DNA of 22,513 bases from Pseudomonadota bacterium (GCA_043804515.1 JAZDIZ010000002.1:1-22513), one strand, 5' to 3'. Positions 1 through 8,158 are shown, counted from the first letter of the stretch. Numbers and translations are program-made. The notes: generated by a model from the sequence alone, not told the origin.

Positions 1-2
1 TG

Positions 3-1520
3 CTAAAGGCCCGCGTCGAAGACGCTGATAAACCCGTCCATTCCTCCGTTGAAGGTTGTGTCCATCGCTCCCACGGTCACCGGAATGCCCGCGCGATCCG
101 TGCGTCCGACCATAACGATCTTTCCGTCCGGAAGCATTGCGGCCGCATCCAGCCAGCCGTAGCGCGAGATGTCGCCGATCGCTCCGAAGTACGTGGAATA
201 GAGAAGTGGTCCGGTTCCGTCCGGTTTCAAGGCCGTCAGAAAACCATCTATCGTATCGCCATAGGCTCCCACGATCCCGTTATAGGTTATGTCGAACGCG
301 CCCGCGGTGACGGGGAAGCTGTCGGAATTTGTGTTGCCCACCAGAATCAACTGGCCCGCAGGCCCGAGAAGAATCTCCACGGCGTCATCGCCGAATCTCC
401 CGCCGACGCGCGTGGAAACGAGCACTTGTGAAGCATCCGGTGAGAACTTGGTGACGAACGCATCGTGGTACGCATTCGTCTGGAGGGGCATGAAGACTCC
501 GGGCGTGGTCGGAAAGTCGAGGGAGGTCGTGTACCCCGCCACGTAGATGTTGTCCTGCGCGTCGAGCCGGACGGCATCGATCCCATCGGGCGTTGAACCC
601 CCGAGGAAAATTGAAAACACGAACGCCGTTCCCGTCGAGTTCAGTTTCAGGAGGAAACCGTCTTGGCCCCGAGTCGGAAAGTCGTGGCTGTTCGTACGCC
701 CGGCTACAACCGCGCGACCTTGGCTGTCGAGGGCCAAGCCGGCCAGACCGCCGATGACCGTATATATATATGTGGAATACACAAGCCCACTCCCATCGGC
801 CGTGAACTTTGCGACAAACGAGTCGGTACTCAGGGCCGCCGAGAGACCGGCGATCGTGGCGCATCCCGAGGAGTCCACCGCGATGAAATTTCCCCATTCC
901 TGCAGGCCGCCCGTTCCGCGGCCAAAATAGGTGATGTAGTGAAGGGTGGCGCCATCAGGAGACAACTTCGCCACGAAGGCGTCCTCGTTGCCCGTCAGGG
1001 TACGCTGAAAGCCGGGTACGGATGCCGGGACCAGGTCGGTCGAGGTCGTCTCACCCGTTACATACACGTTGCCGCTCGCGCCCACGGCCACTCCTCGCCC
1101 ACTCTCGCCGTTGGTGCCGCCGATAAGTCGGGACCAGATCAGGGAGCCGCTGGAACTCAGTTTCATCACAAAGGCATCCGAGAGGCCCAGTAGTGATTGT
1201 CCGACGGTTTTTGGAAACGCGGCCCATTGGGTGCCTCCCACGACATAGATGTTTCCGGCCGAATCCGCCGTCACGCCGCGAATATCATCGAATCCGGCCC
1301 CGCCGATGTACGTGGACCAGACCAAACCGTTGCCGGAGTTCACGGGGGGCACCTGGGTCGCCGTAGGCGTCGGCGTGGGCGTCCGCCGGATCTTGCCCCC
1401 CCCGCCTTTCGCTTCGAGGATGTCCGAGCCAACTATCCCCGCGGACCCATTCTCCTGAAGATCGATCGTTCCTCCGCAGCCAATCAACAAGAGAATAAAG
1501 AGTGCACCACCGATTTTCAT
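3..1520 (-). CDS. SBBP-repeat (beta-propeller) lipoprotein, paralog A
   Basis: Repeated 'vavD.sGniYVaG.T.S.dFP' and 'DaFv.Kl...G..l.ysTy.GG' units. Signal peptide with lipobox LLIG-C, then a TPTPTP linker. Start moved from the ORF-track 1559 to ATG 1520 (GAGG upstream, signal peptide begins there). Stop TAG at 3-5. Confidence 0.85.
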   Translation of the reverse strand: MKIGGALFILLLIGCGGTIDLQENGSAGIVGSDILEAKGGGGKIRRTPTPTPTATQVPPVNSGNGLVWSTYIGGAGFDDIRGVTADSAGNIYVVGGTQWAAFPKTVGQSLLGLSDAFVMKLSSSGSLIWSRLIGGTNGESGRGVAVGASGNVYVTGETTSTDLVPASVPGFQRTLTGNEDAFVAKLSPDGATLHYITYFGRGTGGLQEWGNFIAVDSSGCATIAGLSAALSTDSFVAKFTADGSGLVYSTYIYTVIGGLAGLALDSQGRAVVAGRTNSHDFPTRGQDGFLLKLNSTGTAFVFSIFLGGSTPDGIDAVRLDAQDNIYVAGYTTSLDFPTTPGVFMPLQTNAYHDAFVTKFSPDASQVLVSTRVGGRFGDDAVEILLGPAGQLILVGNTNSDSFPVTAGAFDITYNGIVGAYGDTIDGFLTALKPDGTGPLLYSTYFGAIGDISRYGWLDAAAMLPDGKIVMVGRTDRAGIPVTVGAMDTTFNGGMDGFISVFDAGL

Positions 1521-1573
1521 GCGGGACCTCCATTGGGGGTTGAGGCGGGGAGAGAGCATTCCGGCCCTTCAGT

Positions 1574-1589
1574 CGCAAGGGACGTGCCA
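1574..1589 (-). promoter_or_regulatory. sigma54 (-24/-12) promoter of SBBP paralog A
   Basis: Minus strand TGGCACG-TCCC-TTGCG matches TGGCACG-N4-TTGC. An IHF-like AATTTCAAGGCCTTAG lies 13 nt upstream. Confidence 0.75.
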
Positions 1590-1685
1590 CTGGACTGGAT
1601 TGCTAAGGCCTTGAAATTCCCTTGTTTTTAAAAAGGGCTCGAGTTCTGGCAATGAAATGTTTGCGGCCTGCTATGCACACTTTTC

Positions 1686-2089
1686 ACAACGTGCGTGGCG
1701 CAGGTCCGGCAGCAATGCGCGGCACCGACGTGGGCCAACCACGCAACCTGGCACGAAGGCTACGAGATCAGTCTGCGCAAACGGAAGCTGGGGGAAGAGA
1801 TCTTCGGCTGGCTCAAAACGATCGGGTTGATCCGGCGGCCCCATTTTCGAGGGCGTCGTAAGATTCGTTTTGTCTTTACGTTTGCCTTGGCGGTTTACAA
1901 CCTGCTGAGAATCTCAAACCTGTGTCCGGAACCGACATGAGGCCCAACAACGTCTGGCCCAGATCGGCGGAAAAAGATTTTGGGGTAACGCGGAGGGGGT
2001 GGACCGGCCGAGGACGGGACCCGCAGGACGGTGGGGCCCCGAAATCCCTTCCAACGTCTTCTAACCAGCGTTTTTCAGCAACCTGTTAA
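1686..2089 (+). mobile_element. IS5-family insertion sequence remnant (3' portion only)
   Basis: Transposase C-terminal fragment followed by GTTTTTCAGCAACCTGTTA at 2070-2088, resembling the right terminal repeat of this IS group. No left end or N-terminal transposase was seen. Left boundary is approximate. Confidence 0.7.
1695..1940 (+). pseudogene. truncated IS5-family DDE transposase, C-terminal ~80 aa
   Basis: HEGYEISLRKRKLGEEIFGWLKTIG...RGRRKIRFVFTFALAVYNLLRI matches the recalled IS5 C-terminus (GY..S.RKRK.iEE.FGW.K...AYNL.R). Confidence 0.8.
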
Positions 2090-2240
2090 TCTTTAATCTT
2101 GGCAAGCCGGCTCCACTGGCCCGAAACAGGTGTCCGGTGATATACGGACTTGTGGCTTCCAACACACCGCTACCGAGAATCGTGTCCGTGGGAACGGCGG
2201 TTCCGCCTTTGGTCATCACGCCGAGGGAGGCACCCCGTAA

Positions 2241-3038
2241 ATGAGGGTCTATCTCGATCTTTTGAAGGACGTTCTGGAGCACGGAGAGAAACGCTCCGAC
2301 CGGACGGGCACGGGCACATTGAGCGTCTTCGGAAGGCAGATCCGCTTGGACCTGGCGTCCGGCTTTCCGCTTCTCACCACCAAGAAATTACACCTCCGTT
2401 CCATCCTTTATGAGCTTCTCTGGTTCCTGCGCGGTGACACGAATGTGCGTTTCCTTCACGACCACGACGTCACGATTTGGGACGAATGGGCCGGTCCGGA
2501 CGGGGAACTGGGCCCGATTTACGGTTTCCAATGGCGTTCCTGGGGGAAGAACCAGGGGAAGGCGATCGACCAGATCACCCGGGCCGTTGAGCAGATCCGC
2601 ACGACCCCCGACTCCCGCCGGATTCTCGTCAGCGCGTGGAATGTCTCCGATCTCGGGCGGATGGCGCTGCAGCCGTGCCACGTGCTGTTCCAGTTCTACG
2701 CCCACGGGGACGGACGGCTTTCCTGCCAGCTCTACCAACGAAGCGCGGATATCTTTCTCGGTGTACCGTTCAACATCGCCAGTTACGCGCTGCTCACGAT
2801 GATGGTGGCGCAGGTCACGGGCCGCAAACCGGGGGAGTTCGTTCACACGTTCGGGGACATCCACCTGTATGCCAACCACGTCGACCAAGCCAAGCTCCAA
2901 CTTCAGAGACAGCCGAAGCCCTTGCCCACGCTGAAATTGAATCCGTCCGTCCGTTCGCTGTTCAATTTCACGTACGAAGATTTCACGCTCGAAGGATACG
3001 ATCCAGACCCCTCCATCAGGGCTCCGATCGCCGTATGA
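2241..3038 (+). CDS. thyA: thymidylate synthase
   Basis: [23 protein letters not shown], catalytic [21 protein letters not shown] and C-terminal APIAV. GGAGG SD at 2226-2230. Confidence 0.98.
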   Translation: MRVYLDLLKDVLEHGEKRSDRTGTGTLSVFGRQIRLDLASGFPLLTTKKLHLRSILYELLWFLRGDTNVRFLHDHDVTIWDEWAGPDGELGPIYGFQWRSWGKNQGKAIDQITRAVEQIRTTPDSRRILVSAWNVSDLGRMALQPCHVLFQFYAHGDGRLSCQLYQRSADIFLGVPFNIASYALLTMMVAQVTGRKPGEFVHTFGDIHLYANHVDQAKLQLQRQPKPLPTLKLNPSVRSLFNFTYEDFTLEGYDPDPSIRAPIAV

Positions 3039-3601
3039 AGCTCTCGATCATCGCGGCGCTCACCGATGAAGGCGTGATCGGCTTCCGCAACCGCCTTCCC
3101 TGGCATCTGCCCGAGGACCTGAAACGGTTCAAAAAACTCACCATGGGGCGGCCCGTCGTGATGGGGCGCAAGACGTTCGAATCCCTTAAAGAACCTCTTC
3201 CGGGACGTTCAAACATCGTCGTAACGCGCAACCCCGCGTTCCGGCCGAAAGGGGTGCATACCGCTTCGAGCCTCGAGGAAGCGTTACGCCTCGCGCGGGC
3301 CGGGCAATCCCCGGAGATCGAAGAGGTCTTCGTGATCGGCGGCGCCGAACTGTTCCGCGAGGCCCTCCCGAAGGCCGACCGCCTCTATCTCACGTTCATT
3401 CACAAATCGTATGCGGGAGACGCCTTCTTTCCCGCGCGGGACCACGCGAAGGGCTTCCGGGAGACGGAACGAAGCGAGTGCGTGAGCCTTGCGGACCCGG
3501 GCCTGACGTTCAGCTTTGTGACGCTCGAAAGGGCGTCTATTCCCGCAATGCGCGGGACAGGTAGCGACGGGAGGACCCTTCCTCGTAGGACATCACGATA
3601 G
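3035..3601 (+). CDS. folA: dihydrofolate reductase
   Basis: MKLSIIAA...[50 protein letters not shown] overlap with the thyA stop gives start 3035, not 2636. Confidence 0.95.
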   Translation: MKLSIIAALTDEGVIGFRNRLPWHLPEDLKRFKKLTMGRPVVMGRKTFESLKEPLPGRSNIVVTRNPAFRPKGVHTASSLEEALRLARAGQSPEIEEVFVIGGAELFREALPKADRLYLTFIHKSYAGDAFFPARDHAKGFRETERSECVSLADPGLTFSFVTLERASIPAMRGTGSDGRTLPRRTSR

Positions 3602-5216
3602 CCATTTGGTTGCCGTCCTCATCGACGATCGCGCACTCCCAAAGGTTTTGCTTCTTCATGTACGAAATAATCCCCGCAAAAGTCTCATCCCTCTGAGCCG
3701 CGGAGAGGCCGCGCCATGACGCATTCGTTGTGCGGACCGTCAGCATGTTGCTCTGGGCCTTGGTGCTGTCGACCCTCATCGGGACTTGGAGGGCCATGGA
3801 CGAAACCCACGACCGGACCCAGGAACAGGGGCCGACAATGAAGACCATCAACAGCGCGGCGATCCCAAGTCCGACGAAAACCGGCTTCCTCCGTCGAGGT
3901 TTCGCCTGCTCTTGCTCCGCCGGCGCCTGAATCTCCCTTCCGGACGGTTCAAAATACGCCGCACGACCGACTTTGCGCTCCATAGAAAGCCATCCCGCCA
4001 ACCGCAGTTTCATCCCCTCGACGGCGGCCCGATCTTCCGAAGACAACCCTTCCAGCGTGATGAGTTGGTCGATGGCTTTCAGAAGTTTGCGCGTGGCCTG
4101 ATGGAGGCGGTTCGTAGTGTCGTTGAGATCCTTCTGTATCTGCACGTTGCCTTCGGCCACGGCCTTCAGGACTATCTCTTCGGCCTCGTTTTCGATCTCG
4201 CCGATCCGGTTCAGATGCCGGCTCAAAAGGGGCACGAACAACGGGCCGAGCGCCCTCTTTTCCGTTTCCAGTCTCGGAATGAATCTCGCGAACACCGCGG
4301 TTTGGACTCGCAGAAGCACGCAATGCCGGATCAGGTTGAATGCAGGGTTCTCTTCCTCGAACGAGCGGCGCTCGATCTCCGAAACAGGCCCCGTCGCGGA
4401 CCGGAGCGCGAGAGGATCATTCCCTCCCCTCAGAATATCTCCCAATTTGGTTGCCTCCAAATCCATCACTTCAAGCACTTGGGAAGGCTCAAGGCGGATG
4501 TGCTCGCGCAGGGAATAATCCAGAATCGCCCTCAGGTTTCCCTGGTCATCCGAAGACAACAGCACGAACTTGCACCCCACGGCGCATGTGAACCCCGCCC
4601 GGGGGTGCTTGAGCGGCACCGACCGCACCACGATCGTTTCCACGGTGAAAGATCCTTGTTCGACGTCCTCGAAGCTCAACGTGACCTGGGTCCCATCCGG
4701 CGGGGGCGCCGGCGCCGCAAACAGAATGCCGCTTTCGCTGGCGTTGATGAGTTCTCCCCTCTCTCTCCCCGCAGGCGTGACGTACGAGATGGTTCCTGAA
4801 AGCTCGAATCGGGTGGCAGGGACCGGCCCCACGATGCGGGGTTGCGGACCGGGGGATTCGAATTTGTGATGAAGAAATTCCAGGATTTTTGCCTCGGCCT
4901 CTTCCTTCATGACATAGAGGTCGCAACCATAGTCCTCCGCACGCTGGGGCAGCGTCTCGGATGGGCTCGATGAAACCAAGATCACCGAAGTCGTGTTGGC
5001 GCTGACATCCTTGATCTGGCGGCACAACTCCATGCCGCTCACCTGCGGCATGAACACGTCCAGGATCACGACACTCGGCACCACTTCCCGGACCTTGGGA
5101 AGCACCTCTTTTCCTTGGGCCACGGAGATGCAATCGGCACCGCTCTTCTCGAGACCTTCGCGAAGAGCGGGATGCTCCGTCAATAGGTTGTTAAAGACAA
5201 CGACCCGTGGCTTCAT
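3537..5216 (-). CDS. response-regulator receiver + PilZ-like domain + helical region + single TM segment and C-terminal extracytoplasmic domain
   Basis: N-terminal REC (ILDVFMPQVSGMELCRQIK). PilZ-like NASESG...VVR...VGCKF. Hydrophobic VFVGLGIAALLMVFIVG after a basic RRRK patch. Confidence 0.75.
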   Translation of the reverse strand: MKPRVVVFNNLLTEHPALREGLEKSGADCISVAQGKEVLPKVREVVPSVVILDVFMPQVSGMELCRQIKDVSANTTSVILVSSSPSETLPQRAEDYGCDLYVMKEEAEAKILEFLHHKFESPGPQPRIVGPVPATRFELSGTISYVTPAGRERGELINASESGILFAAPAPPPDGTQVTLSFEDVEQGSFTVETIVVRSVPLKHPRAGFTCAVGCKFVLLSSDDQGNLRAILDYSLREHIRLEPSQVLEVMDLEATKLGDILRGGNDPLALRSATGPVSEIERRSFEEENPAFNLIRHCVLLRVQTAVFARFIPRLETEKRALGPLFVPLLSRHLNRIGEIENEAEEIVLKAVAEGNVQIQKDLNDTTNRLHQATRKLLKAIDQLITLEGLSSEDRAAVEGMKLRLAGWLSMERKVGRAAYFEPSGREIQAPAEQEQAKPRRRKPVFVGLGIAALLMVFIVGPCSWVRSWVSSMALQVPMRVDSTKAQSNMLTVRTTNASWRGLSAAQRDETFAGIISYMKKQNLWECAIVDEDGNQMAIVMSYEEGSSRRYLSRALRE

Positions 5217-5238
5217 CTGCGGCGTAATGCTGGCTCAT

Positions 5239-5261
5239 GGCCCGTGCTCAGAGCACAGGCC
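5239..5261 (-). terminator. 10-bp hairpin just 3' of histone gene 1 (terminator or stabiliser, no U-tract)
   Basis: Minus strand GGCCUGUGCU-CUG-AGCACGGGCC, starting 9 nt after the stop codon. Confidence 0.45.
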
Positions 5262-5269
5262 TCCCGCGG

Positions 5270-5464
5270 CTACTGAAAGTCGCGGTCCAAAACGGTCTTT
5301 CGACCGTCCTGCTGCGCTTTCGCGATCGCCTCATCGCACAGCTGGCGCAGCTTCTCCGATAGGACTTCCATCACGGCGGCCGAGGTATTGAGCCCGGCTT
5401 TCCCTTTGACGTATCCCTTCAGCTTCGAAGCCACGATCAGAGTTTCCTTTTTAATTTCTTCCAT
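5270..5464 (-). CDS. bacterial histone-fold protein, Bd0055/HBb-like (histone 1)
   Basis: 64 aa. LIVASKLKGYVKGKAGLNTSAAVMEVLS...LCDEAIAKAQQDGRKTVLDRDF aligns along its length with my recollection of B. bacteriovorus Bd0055 (LVVTSKVKKLIK..NTSAE..DVLS..QLC..A..DGRKTVMARD). Histone RKTxxxxD L2 motif. AGGAGG SD 5 nt upstream. Confidence 0.92.
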   Translation of the reverse strand: MEEIKKETLIVASKLKGYVKGKAGLNTSAAVMEVLSEKLRQLCDEAIAKAQQDGRKTVLDRDFQ

Positions 5465-5667
5465 TTCTGCCTCCTAAAGTCTCCGCACAACCCGAAGATA
5501 TGAATCCCAACAGGCAATTCCGCCTTTGACAAGGATGTTTTTAGCTTCTTTGGGGCCGCGTGGAAAGACAATGTGAATCTAGCTGGTTACGTTCCACGCG
5601 GCTTCCAGGCGCTGGAGTGTGCCGACCCGGGAGTTGACTTCCTCCTGCCGATCCGTAAAAGGGCGCC

Positions 5668-6030
5668 ATGCGCCGGTCCATGCTGAAATCAAAGATCCAC
5701 AGAGCCACGGTAACGGACGCCAATCTGGACTACGAGGGCTCCATCACGATCGATTCCAAGCTTTGTGACGCCGCCCGGATCCTCCCGTACGAGAAAGTGG
5801 AGATCTACAACCTGGACAACGGCCGGCGTTTTTCGACCTACGTGATGTATGGCCGGCCCGGCGAGGTTTGCATCAACGGAGCCGCGGCGCGGCTCGTTTC
5901 CAAGGGAGAGAAGGTCATCATCGCGTCGTACGCCGAGTACGACGAGCAGGAATTAGGGGCCCATCGGCCGTTCCTGATCCTGGTGGACGCCCAAAATCGC
6001 ATCCAGACGCCGCCGCCCGCGCAGCGCTGA
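5668..6030 (+). CDS. panD: aspartate 1-decarboxylase
   Basis: [22 protein letters not shown] (Gly-Ser self-cleavage site), [15 protein letters not shown]. Confidence 0.97.
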   Translation: MRRSMLKSKIHRATVTDANLDYEGSITIDSKLCDAARILPYEKVEIYNLDNGRRFSTYVMYGRPGEVCINGAAARLVSKGEKVIIASYAEYDEQELGAHRPFLILVDAQNRIQTPPPAQR

Positions 6031-6037
6031 AGATTCG

Positions 6038-6066
6038 TTGCCGCGGGGCTCCCAAACGGCTATAGA
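6038..6066 (+). promoter_or_regulatory. putative sigma70-type promoter for histone 2
   Basis: TTGCCG-N17-TATAGA in the panD/histone 2 intergenic gap. Confidence 0.5.
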
Positions 6067-6126
6067 AACGCTTCCTTCTCTATCGGAATCAGGAACTTCA
6101 AACACAAGCATTCAAGGAGGCCATTC

Positions 6127-6333
6127 GTGGCGAAAAAAAAGGGGAACGAAAAAAGTTGTGATTTTGTCGTGAAGTCCAAGGTAAAGGAGAGACTCTCCAA
6201 ATTAGGTTGTAACTCCTCGGGTGACATGGTCTGCGCATTGAACGGGCTGGTGGATTGGTATCTAGAGCAGGCGGCCAAGCGCGCCAAAGCCAATAAACGC
6301 AAGACCGTCCGCGGCCACGATTTCATGGCCTAA
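6127..6333 (+). CDS. bacterial histone-fold protein, face-to-face-like (histone 2)
   Basis: 68 aa, GTG start with AGGAGG SD. VVKSKVKE.L...NSSGD...ALN......A.KRA.AN.RKTVRGHDF carries the RxTxxxxD histone motif and the SGD / 'N.R.TVR..DF' pattern recalled for archaeal and Leptospira face-to-face histones. Confidence 0.88.
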   Translation: MAKKKGNEKSCDFVVKSKVKERLSKLGCNSSGDMVCALNGLVDWYLEQAAKRAKANKRKTVRGHDFMA

Positions 6334-6339
6334 AGTTCC

Positions 6340-6394
6340 GCGCACGCCGGCATGGGTCCGGGCTGCGCCGTGAGCCGCCCATGCCGGTGAGCGT
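6340..6394 (+). terminator. long GC-rich hairpin 3' of histone 2
   Basis: CCGGCATGGG (6347-6356) / CCCATGCCGG (6378-6387) form a perfect 10-bp stem, extendable outward with G-U pairs. No U-tract. Confidence 0.5.
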
Positions 6395-6414
6395 TCGCTC
6401 TTGATTGGGGGACC

Positions 6415-7125
6415 ATGCTCGCCTCGATTCCGCTGACCGTCCTAAAACCCAAGGTGCTGATCGCGCGCCTGATCCCGGCGCCGCACGGCGACCTCGCGAA
6501 AGCTCTGGGCCACAAGGGCGGAGGTCCCGTGTCCTACGGCCTTCTGAGTTCGGACCGGGAGCATTCGCTGTTCGTGGCCCTGGACGAGGCCACGAAGGCC
6601 TCCCCCGTATCGGTGATTTACGCCCGCGCGCTCTATGCCGGATCCGTTGAAACGTCCGGCCCGTTTTCCGGTGAAGCAATCGGGATCCTGGCGGGTGCCG
6701 ACGACGAGATCGTTCGCGAGGGCCTCAAATCGGCCGTCCGGACGTTGGAGGAATCCGCGTTCTGGTACGCCACGGCTTCCGCTTCCCCCATTCCGTTCTT
6801 CCCGAAAGTCATATCCAGTTTGGGCGAGTATCTGGCCCGCGAGGCGGGCCTTCCGCCCGGGGAACCCATGGCTTACCTGATGGCGCCGCCCGTGGAATCC
6901 GTCGTGGCGGTGGATGCGGCCCTCAAAGCGGCGCAGGTCCGGCTGATCAAGTATTTCGGCCCTCCGACGGAGACCAACCGGGGGGGCGCGTACTTGACCG
7001 GCCCGTTGGAAGAATGCGAAGCGGCCGCCCGCGCTTTTTCCGAGGCCGTCGTCGCCATCGCCGAAAACCCGGTGCAAGCCATGGATCGGGTCGCCTTCGC
7101 TCCGCGTACAAGCCGAAAATCGTAA
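6415..7125 (+). CDS. eutL: tandem-BMC-domain microcompartment shell protein, EutL-like
   Basis: ALDEATKA..V.V.YAR..YAG, GP.SGE.IGILAG, LA..AG...G..MAYL.APP.E....DAALKAA.V, FGPPTETN.GG..LTG....C.AAA.AF..AV..IA.NP are EutL hallmarks. Confidence 0.88.
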   Translation: MLASIPLTVLKPKVLIARLIPAPHGDLAKALGHKGGGPVSYGLLSSDREHSLFVALDEATKASPVSVIYARALYAGSVETSGPFSGEAIGILAGADDEIVREGLKSAVRTLEESAFWYATASASPIPFFPKVISSLGEYLAREAGLPPGEPMAYLMAPPVESVVAVDAALKAAQVRLIKYFGPPTETNRGGAYLTGPLEECEAAARAFSEAVVAIAENPVQAMDRVAFAPRTSRKS

Positions 7126-7128
7126 TCG

Positions 7129-7905
7129 ATGACGGGGTCCGTCTTACCCAGGCTCCGCCGCCAGATTTCGGAGTGCCTGATCGATCACGCGATGTTGTCC
7201 AAGGAAGACCGAATCCTGGTCGGGCTTTCCGGCGGAAAGGATTCCTGGGCTCTGCTGGGGCTTCTGGCGGACCTCAAGGAACGGGCTCCCTTCCCTTTCT
7301 CTCTCACGGCCGTCACGATCGACGGAGGCCTCACGGGGTTGGATCCCGCGCAGTTCGAGGAAGGATGCCGGAGGTTCGGCGTCCCGTTCCATCTCGTTCG
7401 GCAGAAAATCTTCGAAACCGTATCGGAAAAGAAGGACGACGGAAGCACGTTCTGCAGCTTGTGCGCGAAACTTCGCCGGGGGGCCCTTTACTCCGCTGCG
7501 GAAAAGTTGGGCGCCACGAAGATCGCCCTGGGGCACCATCTGGACGACGCGATCGAGACGCTGCTTCTGAACTTCTTCTATGGAGGCAGGCTGGCGGCAC
7601 TTCCCCCCGTGCTTCTGTCCGATTCCGGACACGTGCCGATCCTCCGTCCTCTTCTCTATTCCTCGGAAAGGGATCTGGAGCTGTACGTGAGGGAATCCGT
7701 TCTGCCCGTGATCGGTTGCGCCTGCCCCGTCTGCCCCACCCATCCCGAGCACGAGTACTCCGACCTCAAACGGAAGCGGATCAAGGAGTGGATCACGAGG
7801 CTTTCCCTGGACATCCCCCAGTTGCGGGAGCAGGCCCGCGCCGCTCTTAAACGCGTCGAAACCGACCGTTTTTTCGATCTCCAATTCACGTCGAAGGCGA
7901 ACTGA
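7129..7905 (+). CDS. ttcA: tRNA 2-thiocytidine(32) synthetase
   Basis: PP-loop SGGKDS, CSLCAKLRRG, KIALGHHLDD..ETLLLN.F.GG, second Cys motif CACPVC. Confidence 0.92.
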   Translation: MTGSVLPRLRRQISECLIDHAMLSKEDRILVGLSGGKDSWALLGLLADLKERAPFPFSLTAVTIDGGLTGLDPAQFEEGCRRFGVPFHLVRQKIFETVSEKKDDGSTFCSLCAKLRRGALYSAAEKLGATKIALGHHLDDAIETLLLNFFYGGRLAALPPVLLSDSGHVPILRPLLYSSERDLELYVRESVLPVIGCACPVCPTHPEHEYSDLKRKRIKEWITRLSLDIPQLREQARAALKRVETDRFFDLQFTSKAN

Positions 7906-8000
7906 CGCCAGCAAAGGACGCGGAACCCGAGGCGCAGGCCCGAAGTCAGGTGACCGGCGTCCGGAATCCGGCTATCAGATCAGCAAGTTGCGTACCCGGC

Positions 8001-8029
8001 TTGAAATGATCCCGTGTCGGCGCTAGCCT
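8001..8029 (+). promoter_or_regulatory. sigma70-type promoter of the riboswitch-kimA transcript
   Basis: TTGAAA-N17-TAGCCT. The predicted start (~8036) coincides with the 5' end of the aptamer. Confidence 0.65.
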
Positions 8030-8035
8030 CTAAGA

Positions 8036-8158
8036 CTGATCGCCGAATCCGCATGTGCGGAGCGGGGGACCCAATCAATGGGGCGAATCACCAGCAGGTG
8101 ACAGGGAACCTCTCAAACCCCTGAGCCCGACAGCTAACCTCGCAGGCGTGGAGAGGAG
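8036..8158 (+). ncRNA. c-di-AMP riboswitch (ydaO-yuaA family)
   Basis: Conserved blocks in order: CGCCGAATCC...GGAGCGGGGGACCCA...TGGGGCGAATC...AGGG...CCCTGAGCCCGACAGCTAACCTCGCAGGCG. Directly upstream of a kimA/ydaO homolog. Confidence 0.93.

Noticed and set aside
2636..3034. Apparent N-terminal extension of DHFR (possible TS-DHFR fusion or frameshift)
   Set aside because: Alternative frame of thyA. The ordinary ATGA overlap at 3035-3038 explains the layout.
5526..5547. TTGACA ... TAGCTT as a consensus promoter
   Set aside because: The hexamers are only 10 nt apart, incompatible with sigma70 spacing.
6060..6326. 88-aa ORF antisense to histone 2 with a lipoprotein-like LAAC
   Set aside because: Fully opposite a well-supported gene that has an SD and a family motif. 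No independent support.
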